Source of the DNA: Octopus vulgaris
Taxonomy: Eukaryota
Length of the DNA: 64,000 nt
Direction of reading: 5' to 3'
Assembly (NCBI GenBank): GCA_951406725.2
Contig: OX597833.1
Location: 2,170,001-2,234,000, forward strand
Part shown: one piece after another, positions 11,591-26,427 of the stretch
Layout: each line of letters begins with the position of its first letter
How positions within the stretch are numbered: position 1 is the stretch's first letter
Translations under genes and position numbers: made by a program
Notes under the pieces: model-generated
The model's database searches: none
The model's input: the letters and a program-made list of their open reading frames with translations, nothing else
Told to the model about the DNA's origin: nothing

Positions 11591-13192
11591 AAATTAATAC
11601 TAAAAATTACGCTGGAACTTTTCAGAACTAACAAGCAAATTTCCTTGAAAGTAGACCCTGTAGTGGATGTAATACATTGATAATGTAGTTTTTATGAATT
11701 GTCAGAAAAAAAAATTAAGATGGTAAAGGACTTGGAAAGAAGGCAGTGACAATGGCCAATCGTAGTGCTGCAGAGTTGAACAGAATCCATAACGGTATTT
11801 GTTCTGAGTCCCTGTGTCCTGAGTTCAAACTCTGCTGGTGTCTTTCTTTCTTTGAAGGACAATAAATCTACAAATCAAGAATGGTGAATTGGCGAAGCTG
11901 TTTGTGGTTTAAGTTCAAAGGACGCTGTTTTTTGGCTTCTGTTTCGGCTGTTTGCGTTCTGAGACTAAAGCCTGCGATCACACTGGTGCCGTTGTATTTG
12001 CCAAACTCAACGACATTTCTCCAGGATTAACATTAGAGTCACGGAGAGGGGAAACTTGATCAAATAAAAACCATGCACAAAAATTCTTGCAAATACCTAC
12101 ATACATTTGTACATAGACCTAATCAACATTGGTCAACGGAGGGCCCTACATAGGCGAGTTTTGAAAACTTCGCGAACCGCAGGAGTGAGCAGACCACGAA
12201 TTGTAAAAGAGTTCTACAGCGTTTATATACACCGAAACGAGACAAACCAATCTCAAATCACTGCCTGTCATCTTAAGAAAAATAGAGCATGCATTTATCA
12301 ATGTAGTGTCAGGTAGTAAAAGAAAATAAAGGCGTGATTGTCACGGTTGGAATGCCTTTGATTTTAAGTGTTCTCAATTTGGCTCAACACAACAAGAACA
12401 ACAACCACCACACACTCATAGGAGCTTCAAGTTATAATTACAACGTTATTGTAGAAGCAAATTAAAAACAAAACAAGATTAGTCGCCACCCCCTAACCCT
12501 GCTCCACTCAATATTTTAATCAATTTCGATTTCGGAGTCATTTCCTTCGTATTAATTAGTAAGAATAATTACCATCGATAATTGATTTTCTTTTCATTAC
12601 GAGTGCGAATTTTAAAAGATTAGAAATCTGTCTTGGTTCACACTTAGCACTGTTTTAGCTGGAGAAATCGTCTTATAAACCATTGATTGGTGAAAATGAT
12701 GGCGTTGAAAAGCGAATGTTTTTCCAACGCGTTTTTGTCATTTTTCCTTTAATTGCTACGAAGCAGACGATCAGTCAAATTTGATGACAAAAAGAAGAGA
12801 AAAAAAAAGACATCCAATTAATAGCATCCTAAGGTGAAACAGGTGCACAAAAGAGACGAAAGCACAAAGGACTGGCTCTTGTTTATTATGTTTTCCCATC
12901 AAACTGACAAAAGTGTTATGCATCAAGCTTTTATTTCATTACGAGGAGGACATTATGTCGGTAGATCCTGGTGCGTTCATTCCACCTGCGTATGCGTGTG
13001 TTTGTGTTTGTGTGTGTGTGTGTGTGTACGAACGAGGGTGTATTTGTGTTTCTGTGCGTGTCTATTGTCTGTGTGTGTTATTGTGTGTGTGCCTGTGGTT
13101 TTATATCTGTATGCTGTATACGTAAGAGGGATAATTTATGTTATATCTATAAAAAACAAGCAACGCAAGAGGGAAAATAGTACATACATACG

Positions 13193-13245
<53 letters not shown>

Positions 13246-13247
13246 AA

Positions 13248-13280
<33 letters not shown>

Positions 13281-13314
13281 TTATACGCATATGTATGTAT
13301 ATATATAAACACAC

Positions 13315-13363
<49 letters not shown>

Positions 13364-13407
13364 GTGTGTGTGTGTATATACACATGTATATTTATTTATA
13401 TATATAT

Positions 13408-13597
13408 CTCTTTTACTCTTTTATTTGTTCCAGTCATTTGATTGCGGCTATGCTAGAGCACCACCTTTAGTCGAACAAATCGATCCCCGGACTTATTTTT
13501 TGTAAGCCTACTACTTATTCTATCGGTCTCTTTTGACGAACTGCTACGTTACATGACGTAGACACGCCACCATCGGATGTCAAGCGATGGTAGGGGA

Positions 13598-13673
<76 letters not shown>

Positions 13674-13818
13674 CGACGGGTTTCTTTCAGTTTCCGTCTA
13701 CCAAATCCACTCACAAGGCTTATAGTAGAAGACACTTGCCCAAGGTTCCACGCAGGGGGACTGAACCCAGAACCGTGCGGCTGGTAAACAAGCTACTTAC
13801 CACACAGCCACTCCTGCG

Positions 13819-13821
<3 letters not shown>
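13408..13821 (-). mobile_element. SINE-B with internal (CA)n
   Basis: Tail-to-head homology with SINE-B. Confidence 0.9.
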
Positions 13822-13878
<57 letters not shown>

Positions 13879-14018
13879 CGTTAAAGGCGTGAAATCGTAA
13901 TGATTGTTGGATAACTAACGAGGATATATATCTTGTGTGTTAATTTTCTGCTTATTCTTTTGACGATCTTCTGTTTAGTATCTTTAATCTTAGAAAATGC
14001 AACACCACACACATACAT

Positions 14019-14050
<32 letters not shown>

Positions 14051-14095
14051 AGGTCTCTATTTATACATGTATATATATATGTATGTATACATAGA

Positions 14096-14144
<49 letters not shown>

Positions 14145-14189
14145 CAATAATAATTCTCTAAAAGGGATATAGACAGTAACTGCTCGATA

Positions 14190-14393
14190 ACATAAGGGAC
14201 TAAAGCCATCTGAATATGGCTAGGGACAGGGCAGGGTGGTGGGGGTGTTACTGTTGCATTTAGCCCCAGGCGAACATCGACGTCACCGTCGAGCCTTTCT
14301 GGTGACGTCGATGTTCGCCTGGGGCTAAATGCAACAGTAACACCCCCACCACCCTGCCCTGTCCCTAGCCATATTCAGATGGCTTTAGTCCCT

Positions 14394-14398
<5 letters not shown>
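14190..14398. repeat. Perfect inverted repeat, 98 bp arms, 13 bp spacer
   Basis: 14190-14287 (ACATAAGGGAC...CGACGTCACC) is the reverse complement of 14301-14398; spacer GTCGAGCCTTTCT. Confidence 0.95.
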
Positions 14399-14450
<52 letters not shown>

Positions 14451-15228
14451 ATATATACTTATATACATGTATGTATGCATACACACACACATAAGGACAC
14501 ATATATATGTATGTATATATTCGTATTTGATTGATAAGTGAACTTCGCATTCATGTAGTTCTGGGTTCGATCCTGTCACGTGGTATGATAAACTAGCGTC
14601 TTCTAGTCTAGCCTCACGTCGACCTAAGAGTGGTGAAGGAAATTGTGTAGATGAAAATTACGAAGCACCCTAGCGTATCGATTTTACCTGTATTCCAAAA
14701 TTATCCAGCCTTATCGCAGACAAACATGGCGTCGAATCTGCTCGTGAAATACATAAAGGATTTCGATATCTGTGTAGTACGCAGCCACATAGACGCTAAA
14801 GCAATAAGTGCTCAATGAGCTAAGTTGTGTAACCAAAGCAATAATCAGCGTCGAAAGCGACTGGGGATTTATTTACATTAAGTAAAATATATATCTGCAT
14901 AAAACAAACTACACTAATTGCCCGATACGAAATACCATACCCATTTAACTGATAGATGAAAATCTATGCCACGAATGTACAGAATTATTTATAACATAAA
15001 TTTACGGAATATATATATATGCAGCCATATACGCCGGTGTTTATAGTTAGATATTTATTAAAGAAAAAGGCGGGAAATATGCATCGAGAGGTGTTTGCTC
15101 CACCAAGAACGGAAGATACACATACATACCTACCTACAAACATATACACGCGCACACACACACACACACACACGCACAAATACACGCACACATACGTACA
15201 AACATATACATATATATGGATATATATA

Positions 15229-15440
15229 GTTCAAATTTACAGAAAACAAAAGACGAAGACAGGTGTAGAAACAACAAGCAGGTGTGTTAGTTTAACAGGC
15301 GGGAAGACTAGAAACGTCGTTGACGTTTCGAGCCTTAGACCTTCGACAGAAAGGATTCTGAGGAAAATGGACGGGGACAGAACGAAAACAAACAAACGAA
15401 AAAAATACAGGAAAAGGAACAAACGGAGAAAGAAAAATAT
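15229..15440 (-). mobile_element. Penelope-like terminal-repeat fragment with hammerhead motif (15318-15354)
   Basis: Minus strand CTGTCGA-A-GGTCTAAGGCTC-GAAAC-GTC; AAACAAAAGACGAAG.CAGGTG shared with the 6884 copy. Confidence 0.6.
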
Positions 15441-15507
15441 GTTGGAATTAATGGTTCAACATGATGAACATACACACACACACATACACACATATACACA
15501 TGCATAA

Positions 15508-15577
<70 letters not shown>

Positions 15578-15578
15578 A

Positions 15579-15900
<322 letters not shown>

Positions 15901-16260
15901 GTATGTATGTATACTTATACATGTGTGTGCGTGTGTCTGTGTCTGCGTACTTATATGGCATGTATAATGTACACATAATTATATAATTTCTGATATTTGC
16001 TTTATCTGAATTCAATACAACCGATCAGACGCTGATCGATATCGTTGATTATCAACTGTCGAATGATTGTTGAGTACACGATTCTCCTATTTACTAAGAT
16101 AAATAAATATTTACTCTCCAACACATGCCGGGAATGAAGGGGAGATAAATGCGCACACCTTAGTGTTTTTGATTAGAGTGTCTCTCTAGTATTCCAACTG
16201 TACGTTTTACAAATAGTCTGTGTAAATGCAAGTGCATGCAAGCGTGCATATATACAATAC

Positions 16261-16304
<44 letters not shown>

Positions 16305-16389
16305 TTCTAATTCTGTTTCATTCTCTCTCTCGCTCACTCTCGCTCTCTCTCTCTCTCTCGCCGCACACGCACACAGGCTTAATTGAGAA

Positions 16390-16700
<311 letters not shown>

Positions 16701-17502
16701 GATACATAGATATCCACAGTGAAACAGTTCGATAGAGATATAGATATAAAAAATGTAGATACTCATATGTAAATGTATGTTTATATATATACATAATCAA
16801 CCCAAACACATGGAAGTTTAATTATATGTTTGTGTACATTCTGTGTTGAGGAGCGTGGGTGTGGGCATACATACATATATACATACATACATTTATGTAT
16901 GTGTATATATTTATGATATAGAGATGTATGTATGTACATGCGTGTATGTTTGTATATGCGTGTGCTGCTTTCGTGTTTTAAAGCAGAAATGCAAGTGTAA
17001 TAGAAGCGTACTCAATACCCGCCTAATAATATATTTAAATATTTACGTATTCTGTAAAAGTATGTGAGAACAGAGACATTACGTGTATCCATTGATCTCC
17101 TGCACTCCAATTCAATACATTAAATCTATTGAATCACATCACATATAGCTTGTATCATGCTATAGATATTTCGATACCCATCTATCTTTTCAGAGTATGT
17201 TTGGATTCTAGAAATCTTTTCAAATATGCCTGTCTCTTCAAAGCTTCTGCTATCTAATTCTACGTTACCGTTGGCCTTATACAAAACGCTTATATATGTG
17301 TGTGTGCGTGTGTGTGTGTGTGTGCGTGCGTGTGTGTGTGTGCTTGTATGTATATATTAATCAGGCAATAATCTTGTAGCTCTATGTCGGCAAAACGTAA
17401 AAGGAGTTCAGTGAACATCTCGTGAGGAGTGGGACTTGAAATATGATAAATGTTTATACATAAATACATGCATGTATATATGTATGTATGTATATATGTA
17501 TC

Positions 17503-17536
<34 letters not shown>

Positions 17537-17585
17537 TGTATGTATTTATGTATGTATGTATGTGTGTATGTATATATACATATTC

Positions 17586-17621
<36 letters not shown>

Positions 17622-17802
17622 TGGCCTGCTCGCTTAGCCAGTGGGGTGGCGTCATTTGAAGGCTAAAACACTGCGAAGCGCATTGTGACCAGCGATGCGT
17701 AGCAACATCGGATAGCCTGGTCGGTAACGGTGATCACGGTGATATGTACATATTTAGAAAAAAATGAAAGGGGTACAGTGAACGTGCCGTGAGGAGTAAA
17801 AT

Positions 17803-17838
17803 ATCCAACGTTTCGGATTCAACCCTTCGTCAGGGGGC
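17803..17838 (-). ncRNA. Minimal hammerhead ribozyme motif
   Basis: Minus strand CC-CUGACGA-A-GGGU UGA AUCC-GAAAC-GUU-GG; stem I only 2 bp. Confidence 0.6.
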
Positions 17839-18049
17839 AGAGAAAAAGAGCAGAAAATGAGAAAAAAGCCAAACAGTATTTACATCCTCTCAACTTGACC
17901 ATTTTCTCTTTTTCCTGTCCTTTTCAGTGGTAAGAAAATGATTTGTGATCAGGTCAACCTACTGAATTATCAAGTTTGATATTTCCCTAATATTGTTGTG
18001 TGTGAATATTATTCCAACCTAAGAAGGTGCCTCAATTTAAGTACCTAAT

Positions 18050-18120
<71 letters not shown>

Positions 18121-18359
18121 AGATAAGAAAACGGAGAAGTACATCTAAATCAAATATCAATTACCAGATAATACGCAATCACATACTTTATTAAACCACC
18201 ACATAAGAGACTGTAGGGTTAGATATAAAAAGCAGAACAAATCAGTGTACATAAAGGAATGTACATTTAAAAGTGTACATAAACGAGTAATGTTGTATAA
18301 TAAGTAGAATATATATAAAAGAGAATATAAATATAAGTAAATATAAATATAAGTATATT

Positions 18360-18528
18360 TTTTCGACATGTTTCTTTCAGTTTCCATCCACAAATCCATA
18401 AATCCATCCACAAGGCTTTGGTCGGACCGTGGCTGTAGTGCAAAACACTTGCCTAAGATATCAGTCCGTGGTACTGAACCTGGAAACGTGGTTCGGAAGC
18501 AAGTCTCTTAGCACACAGCCACACCTGT
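18360..18528 (-). mobile_element. Degenerate SINE-B head
   Basis: TTCTTTCAGTTTCC...ACAAGGCTTTGGTCGG...CACACAGCCAC. Confidence 0.75.
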
Positions 18529-18888
18529 CGTATTAAAAATTCTACCAATTTACCGTCTGCAATTCTTGGTGTTTAGTAGTCTCCAGATGCATCAATCTTG
18601 GCACGAAACCAAAGCTCAGAATGCACATGCGCCTTAAATTAAATAAAACATCAGCTTTAAGTAGAAATAATTTTAGAGTGTGTTCAAAGATCTGAAATTT
18701 TACAAAATGGAGTGGTATGTAAGGACAACCTCAATACAGTAACACTCAAACCCAGTCTTACTCCGATCCAGAAAATAATTCTTTGTAACTTTTTGTTCGT
18801 ATTTGTCTCCAAATTTATATCAAATGATATGCTCTGTGTTTCAATAAATTTGACAAAAATAAAAATATTTAGTAAAATAATTTGACAT

Positions 18889-19295
18889 AGGCGCAGGAGT
18901 GGCTGTGTGGTAAGTAGCTTGCTAACCAACCACATGGTTCCGGGTTCAGTCCCACTGCGTGGCATCTTGGGCAAGTGTCTTCTGCTATAGCCTCGGGCCG
19001 ACCAAAGCCTTGTGAGTGGATTTGGTAGACGGAAACTGAAAGAAGCCTGTGGAATATATGTATATATATATATATGTGTGTGTCTGTGTTTGTTCCTCTA
19101 GCATTGCTTGACAACCAATGCTGGTGTGTTTACGTCCCTGTTACCTAGCGGTTCGGCAAAAGAGACCGATAGAATAAGTACTGGGCTTACAAAGAATAAG
19201 TCCCGGGGTTGAGTTGCTCGATTAAAGGCGGTGCTCCAGCATGGCCGCAGTCAAATGACTGAAACAAGTAAAAGAGTAAAGAGTAAAAAGAGTAT
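18889..19295 (+). mobile_element. Full-length SINE-B with 32-bp target-site duplication
   Basis: AAATAAAAATATTTAGTAAAATAATTTGACAT at 18857-18888 and 19296-19327. Confidence 0.95.
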
Positions 19296-19502
19296 AAATA
19301 AAAATATTTAGTAAAATAATTTGACATTAATTAGTTCGTGTCTGAGACATGACTTAATATAATATTCCGATGCAAGATCTTCATTTAAATCACTTTAACA
19401 CTTTTGTTACCATATTTCTGTTGAAATTCACTGCATTTGTTCTACTTAATTATGATAATGAAGTATTAAGTAAAATCAATGTTGTTATTAAACCAAGTAC
19501 CT

Positions 19503-19722
19503 AAAGCAGCGAGCTGGCAGTATCGTTAGCGCACCGGTCAAGATGTAAAGCGGCGTTTCGTCTGTCCTTACGTTCCAAGTTCAAATTCTACCGAGGGCCG
19601 ACTTTGCCTTTCATTTTTTCGGGGTCTATAAAATAAGCACAATTTGAGCACTAGGGCCGATTCTAATCGACTTACGCTAACCCCTGAAATTGCAGGCCTT
19701 GTGCCAAAATTTGAAATCATTA
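19503..19722 (+). mobile_element. SINE-A monomer, tail type 2, diverged
   Basis: GCGAGCTGGCAGTATCGTTAGC...GACTTTGCCTTTCAT...GGCCTTGTGCC. Confidence 0.85.
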
Positions 19723-20098
19723 TCAAACTGGAGTTTGGAACAAAAATTTATATGAAATTTTGATGGTACCTTTTAATTCAGAGCACTTTAGCACTTTTGT
19801 TGCCATATTTCTAGCTGACATATCTTTATAGTTCCTCTGGGTCAAGGTTGGAGGAGTTGAAAAGCTGTCGATATTTAACCTAGATTTATTTACGTGACTG
19901 AAACAATCAAGGAACACACGGTACATGCACCACGTGTTAAGCCATATTCGCTTCAGAGTTACGACTTTGCTTTTGGTATAATGTTATGCATCTCTAATAA
20001 CCGCCGAATAAACGGTCGTTGGTTATTTGGTTCATTTCTCCAGTTGCACTCTGCAGAGAATAAAAGAGAATAAAAGAGAATGCAGAGAATAAAAGACA

Positions 20099-20129
<31 letters not shown>

Positions 20130-20364
20130 TTAATATAACAGGTTCAAAAGGAACGAACATACTAGACTTGGTGTCGAATTGAAAAGGTGAAGAATTAAAT
20201 GACAGGTAAGATATGAGGAGGGTGTTATACAGATAAGAAAATAGTTTGGAGATAATAAATATTATTTTCTTTCGAAAATTAATTTTCATGCCCTCATTTT
20301 GTATAAAGAACATGGAATTTAATAGAAGTTAAATCACAATGTATGTATGTACGCCATATTTCCT

Positions 20365-20423
<59 letters not shown>

Positions 20424-20473
20424 ACGCGTGGCGTTCAATTAAATAAGATAACTAATATATATATGTATGTATA

Positions 20474-20512
<39 letters not shown>

Positions 20513-20713
20513 ATATATATATACTTAATAATTAGGGTTCAGCAAAGATTTGCCTTACCACATACAGAAGTTTAGAAATAGCAGCCAAAAACCTTAGCTG
20601 TTTCTTCTACTTTAAAAAGGGACTCCCAGAGAAACCAAAATACTTGAAAAGAATTCATGCCGAATTCTACTTGGTGAAATTATTGATTACTTCTTAATTA
20701 ATCAATTTTACCC

Positions 20714-20791
<78 letters not shown>

Positions 20792-21327
20792 GTTATTATT
20801 ATTATTATTATACATATTCTTGAGAACATTTCTTAGTGGTAAGACCATAGCGGATCTATTTCTAGCATAAGGGTGTCCACATAGTGGTCTCCCTCTAATA
20901 TATCTAACTCGCTTTGTAATCATGAGTGCGCCTAACCTCGCGTGTGCGTATGCTCACATTTTTGCTAATGCTTGTATAATCGTGTATACTAGCGCCATGC
21001 AGCTTGCCCGAGGGCGTTTATACAATCATATCTGTTAACGGTTATCTCTAATATTTTCGTCGCTGGGTTAAGTATTCGTTTCTTTCTTTGTATCTATTCA
21101 TCATACATAACACACATTTCCAATTTTATTTTAACCAATTAAGTAACATAGGCCTTATGAAACGAAAGCCAAACAATACACAGAACGTATGAAACACGGT
21201 CTAAGTAAAACCATAGCTGTTTAGCTTAAACTCATGAATAATCTTTGGACAAGCATTTGGTTAAAACAAATGTTGGGTGACGTATTCTTGTCGTCTTTTA
21301 AGGAACAATTCTCCACTCAATTATCAG

Positions 21328-21678
21328 TACGCTCTGAGTTCAAATTCCGCCGAGGTCGACTTTGCCTTTCATCCTTTCGGGGTCGATTAAATAAGTACCA
21401 GTTACGCAATGGGGTCGATATAATCGACTTAATCCGTTTGTCTGTCCTTGTTTGTCCTCTCCGTGTTTAGCCCCTTGTGGGTAGTAAAGAAATAGGTATA
21501 TCGTCTGCCGCTACGTTCTGAGTTCAAATTCCGCCGAGGTCGACTTTGCCTTTCATCCTTTCGGGGTCGATTAAATAAGTACCAGTTACGCAATGGGGTC
21601 GATATAATCGACTTAATCCGTTTGTCGGCCCTTGTTTGTCTCCTCTCTGTTTAGCCCCTTGTGGGTCATAAGGAAACA
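21328..21678 (+). mobile_element. 5'-truncated SINE-A dimer with a single 9-bp TSD
   Basis: Two core+tail-1 units joined at AAAGAAATAGGTATATCGTC; AATTATCAG at 21319-21327 and 21679-21687. Confidence 0.9.
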
Positions 21679-22217
21679 AATTATCAGAGGATCTATAAGA
21701 AGTGAGAGATATATTGTCACAAATATCACCATTATCAGTAGAATATGAATTATGAATCTGCGTTCTTTACTCACGAAACCAAGTTCAGTTATTCATTAAT
21801 CAAAGTTGATTTGCATGCTTCATGTTGTTCCCCTAACAACAGGCGTAAAGTAGAAAATGCGATTGAAACATGGCGTCCAACAGCTCATAGCTTTCTCCAA
21901 TATTTCCATAATCAGCCATATTAACGGCAGGTACACAACAGAAACCCTACAGCAGAGCATGTTTCATTTTTATGTATCCATACCTGCTTGTAAGGATGAG
22001 TGAAGGAAGGAGGCATATACGTATATATCTATGTATTGACGGATGGCATGATGGACGGATAGACAAATAGACAGAAGGTTGGATAATTGCTTGGGCATGC
22101 GCACGTATGCGTGTTTTTCTCCGACGTTTGGAAGCAAACTCAGACAAACAGACGCCTGCATTCTTGCACATATTTGGAATCAATACAATAGAAACATTCA
22201 TAATGTACGCATGCATA

Positions 22218-22316
<99 letters not shown>

Positions 22317-22419
22317 ATATCCATCTATCTATCTATCTATCTATTTATCTATCTATTTAAATATCTATATACATGTTTGTCTATACTCACCCTCACATTG
22401 TGCGTGTTGTGTATGAGTG

Positions 22420-22480
<61 letters not shown>

Positions 22481-22705
22481 ATGTATGTATGAACATATAT
22501 GTATATATATATGTATATTGCATTATATATAAATATATATATGTATATCTATAAATCTATATGAGTATATATATATATATATATATATGTATATGTGTGT
22601 GTATGCATGTAGATATATATATATATATAAGTATATATATGTAAGCATATATATATATTTATACATACATATGTATGTATATATATGTACATATATATAT
22701 ATATC

Positions 22706-22744
<39 letters not shown>

Positions 22745-22802
22745 CATACACGCATATATATACTCATATATATATGTATGTATATGTGCACACACACACA
22801 CG

Positions 22803-22864
<62 letters not shown>

Positions 22865-22887
22865 CAAGCTCACATGAACAATCTACT

Positions 22888-22950
<63 letters not shown>

Positions 22951-23505
22951 AATGTTTGCATGCATCAAAAACTGCGCTGCTCAACTAAACAATTTGCTGG
23001 CGACTTTTATTTCGTGTTTATGCTTTGCAAATAGTCATCAACACACAGCAACTCCTCTCACTTACACTCACGCATTCCCTGCCACCCATCTCCGTTCCTC
23101 CCTCTCTGTCTCTCTCTTTCTCTTTCTCTGTCTTACGTCATATGTTGTAAATTGTGTGAGAACCGGTCATAATTCTTCAGACCAATAACGACTCGATGTC
23201 CAGCTGTAAAATATTGGATGTGTTTGCAGGATTTTCTCACGTCACGGTCAACATCATTGAACAGAACGGAATGGTCAGGCGATGGATTTCTTTCTTTCTT
23301 TCTTCCTTTCTTTCTTTCTTTCTTTCTTTCTTCCTTTCTTTCTTTTATCTCCCCCCTCTCTCTCTCTCTATCTCTCTCACTCATTTTCTGAATACATATA
23401 TATACATACAATCATACATATATACACACGTACGTTCATAAATACATACATGTATCTGCAGAAGGTGTAAACACACATGAACAGCCAAACACACACACAC
23501 ACACA

Positions 23506-23588
<83 letters not shown>

Positions 23589-23683
23589 GTGCATGTTATA
23601 TATATATATACACGTATATGCATAGATATAAATGTATCAACAAGTACATGTATATACACACACACATGCAAGTATAAATATAT

Positions 23684-23761
<78 letters not shown>

Positions 23762-23838
23762 ATATATATATAGAAGCATATATATAAACACATATATTCA
23801 TATATACATATATACATATATATATACATGCACACACG

Positions 23839-23886
<48 letters not shown>

Positions 23887-24073
23887 CATTATACGAATGT
23901 GTACGAATGTGATAATCCAGCTGAACGTCATACTGGAGCCGTTGGCCTCAATGGCTGAGTAAACCTCATTTCATATAATTGCTTTGCTTTTCTACCAGTG
24001 TCCTTGTGTACACATATTTTTGAATGTATTTCGTTTCTGTGCTCTCTCTGGCTCTGTCTCTCTCCTGATAAAT

Positions 24074-24147
<74 letters not shown>

Positions 24148-24178
24148 TGGGTTGGTATGCATATCGTTTCTGTGGACA

Positions 24179-24255
<77 letters not shown>

Positions 24256-24427
24256 CTTATACATTGTAACATTTGGCCAAGCTATATATCACTTTCGCAT
24301 GTGTTTATGTCATTCTCCGTATTACGTTACTTTTAGTAACAGTTCCATCACTTGCTTGCATATTGCTTGAATTTTCAAGATGGGTTGTTCCATGAGATAT
24401 AGCGTATTTTATCGCTTATCTGTATAT

Positions 24428-24843
<416 letters not shown>

Positions 24844-25240
24844 AATATTTGAGAGTTAAGAAAGCTTGCAGTTGTTTTATGAAAAGATATTCCTTTCAAT
24901 TGTTCAAGGGTATCGCATGGGAACGTTGGCATTCGTCTTTATTTTGTATGAGGATACACGAGACAATACAACATATATATATATTTGTTCGTTTCGATGT
25001 CTACATCTTACAATCTCCGTACAACTGGATGCTTATCTACAGCGAAACATCAAGGAATATTTTCTCACATTATGTTAGAAGGAACTGCCCCCCCCCCCAC
25101 CAACCTTTCCTCCATTTTTCTTTTTTATTTTTTTTCTTCGGCAGGACCCAGAGTGAGACAGTTTTGTTGTAAACCCAAGTTCTTTTGTAAACCTTTGATC
25201 CGATCACCCATATTATACAATTAATTGAAATAACGAAATC

Positions 25241-25802
25241 CCAAGGCCCGAAATTTCGGAGTGGTGGGCTAGTCGATTAAATCGACCCCAGTACGCAACT
25301 GGTACTTAATTTATCGACCCAGAAAAGATGAAAGGCGAAGTCAGCCTCGGTTGAATTTGAACTCACAACGTAAAGAGAGACGAAATACCCATTTCTTTAC
25401 TACCCACAGGGGGCTAAACACAGAGAGGACAAACAAGGACAGACAAACGGATTAAGTCGATTACATCGATCCCAGTGCGTAACTGGTACTTATTTAATCG
25501 ACCCCGAAAGGATGAAAGATAAAGTCGACCTCGGCGGAATTTGAACTCAGAACGTAACGGCGGACGAATACCTATTTCTTTACTACCCACAAGGGGCCAA
25601 ACACAGGGAGGACAAACAAGGACAGACACAGGGATTAAGTCGATTACATCGACCCCAGTGCGAAACTGGTACTTATTTAATCGACACCGAAAAGATGAAA
25701 GGCAAAGTCGACCGGCGGAATTTGAACTCAGAACGTAAACATAGACGAAATACCGCTAAGCATTTCGCTTGGTGTACAAATGTTTCTGCCAGCTCGCCGG
25801 CT
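25241..25802 (-). mobile_element. SINE-A trimer (head, tail 1, tail 1, tail 2)
   Basis: Three cores at ~25290, 25480, 25665; junctions AAAGAAAT(A/G)GGTATT(T)CGTC. Confidence 0.9.
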
Positions 25803-26121
25803 TATGAAGTCCCAACTTTTGAGAATAAAATGGATTCGTAGTGACGTTCGGAAATTATGCGATTGACTGAGTGCACCGTAACGTGAAACGTAACTAATGG
25901 CGTAAAATGAATGAAGGAAATCGTATACAACACAGCTAAAATTAGCAATGAATGTCAAACTTAAACGTCTAATTATAGAAGCCATATCAAAATTTATGAC
26001 CGAATTCCTTTAGTGATCAAATGGCACCGAAACTTCGCTGTCATTTCAAAAGCGTTGAATGAAGGTTACCAACATAATTCCGGAAACTATTTCCGCATCC
26101 GCTTACTGTTATTATTATAAA

Positions 26122-26155
<34 letters not shown>

Positions 26156-26375
26156 AAGGCCGCCAGTCGGGAGAATGGTTAGCAAGCCGGACAAAATGTA
26201 TAGCAGCGTTTCCTCCCACTTTACGTTCTGAGTTCAAGTGCCACCGAGCTCCATTGTGTTTTTCATCCTTCCGTGGTCAAAAAATAAACACCAGTTGAGC
26301 ACTACTGAAGGACTATATATTCGATTAACCCCGCTTCCATGTAATTGCTGGCCTTGCGCCAAAGTTTAAAACCAT
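26156..26375 (+). mobile_element. Degenerate SINE-A
   Basis: TTTACGTTCTGAGTTCAA...TTTCATCCTT...GGCCTTGCGCC. Confidence 0.75.
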
Positions 26376-26427
26376 TATTATTATTATTTGTTACTGTGCG
26401 AGGCGAAATGCTTAACAACATTTCGTC

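Noticed and set aside
14301-14345. HDV-like ribozyme suggested by CCTGGGGCTAA
   Set aside because: Could not identify the P3/L3 segment or the nested double pseudoknot
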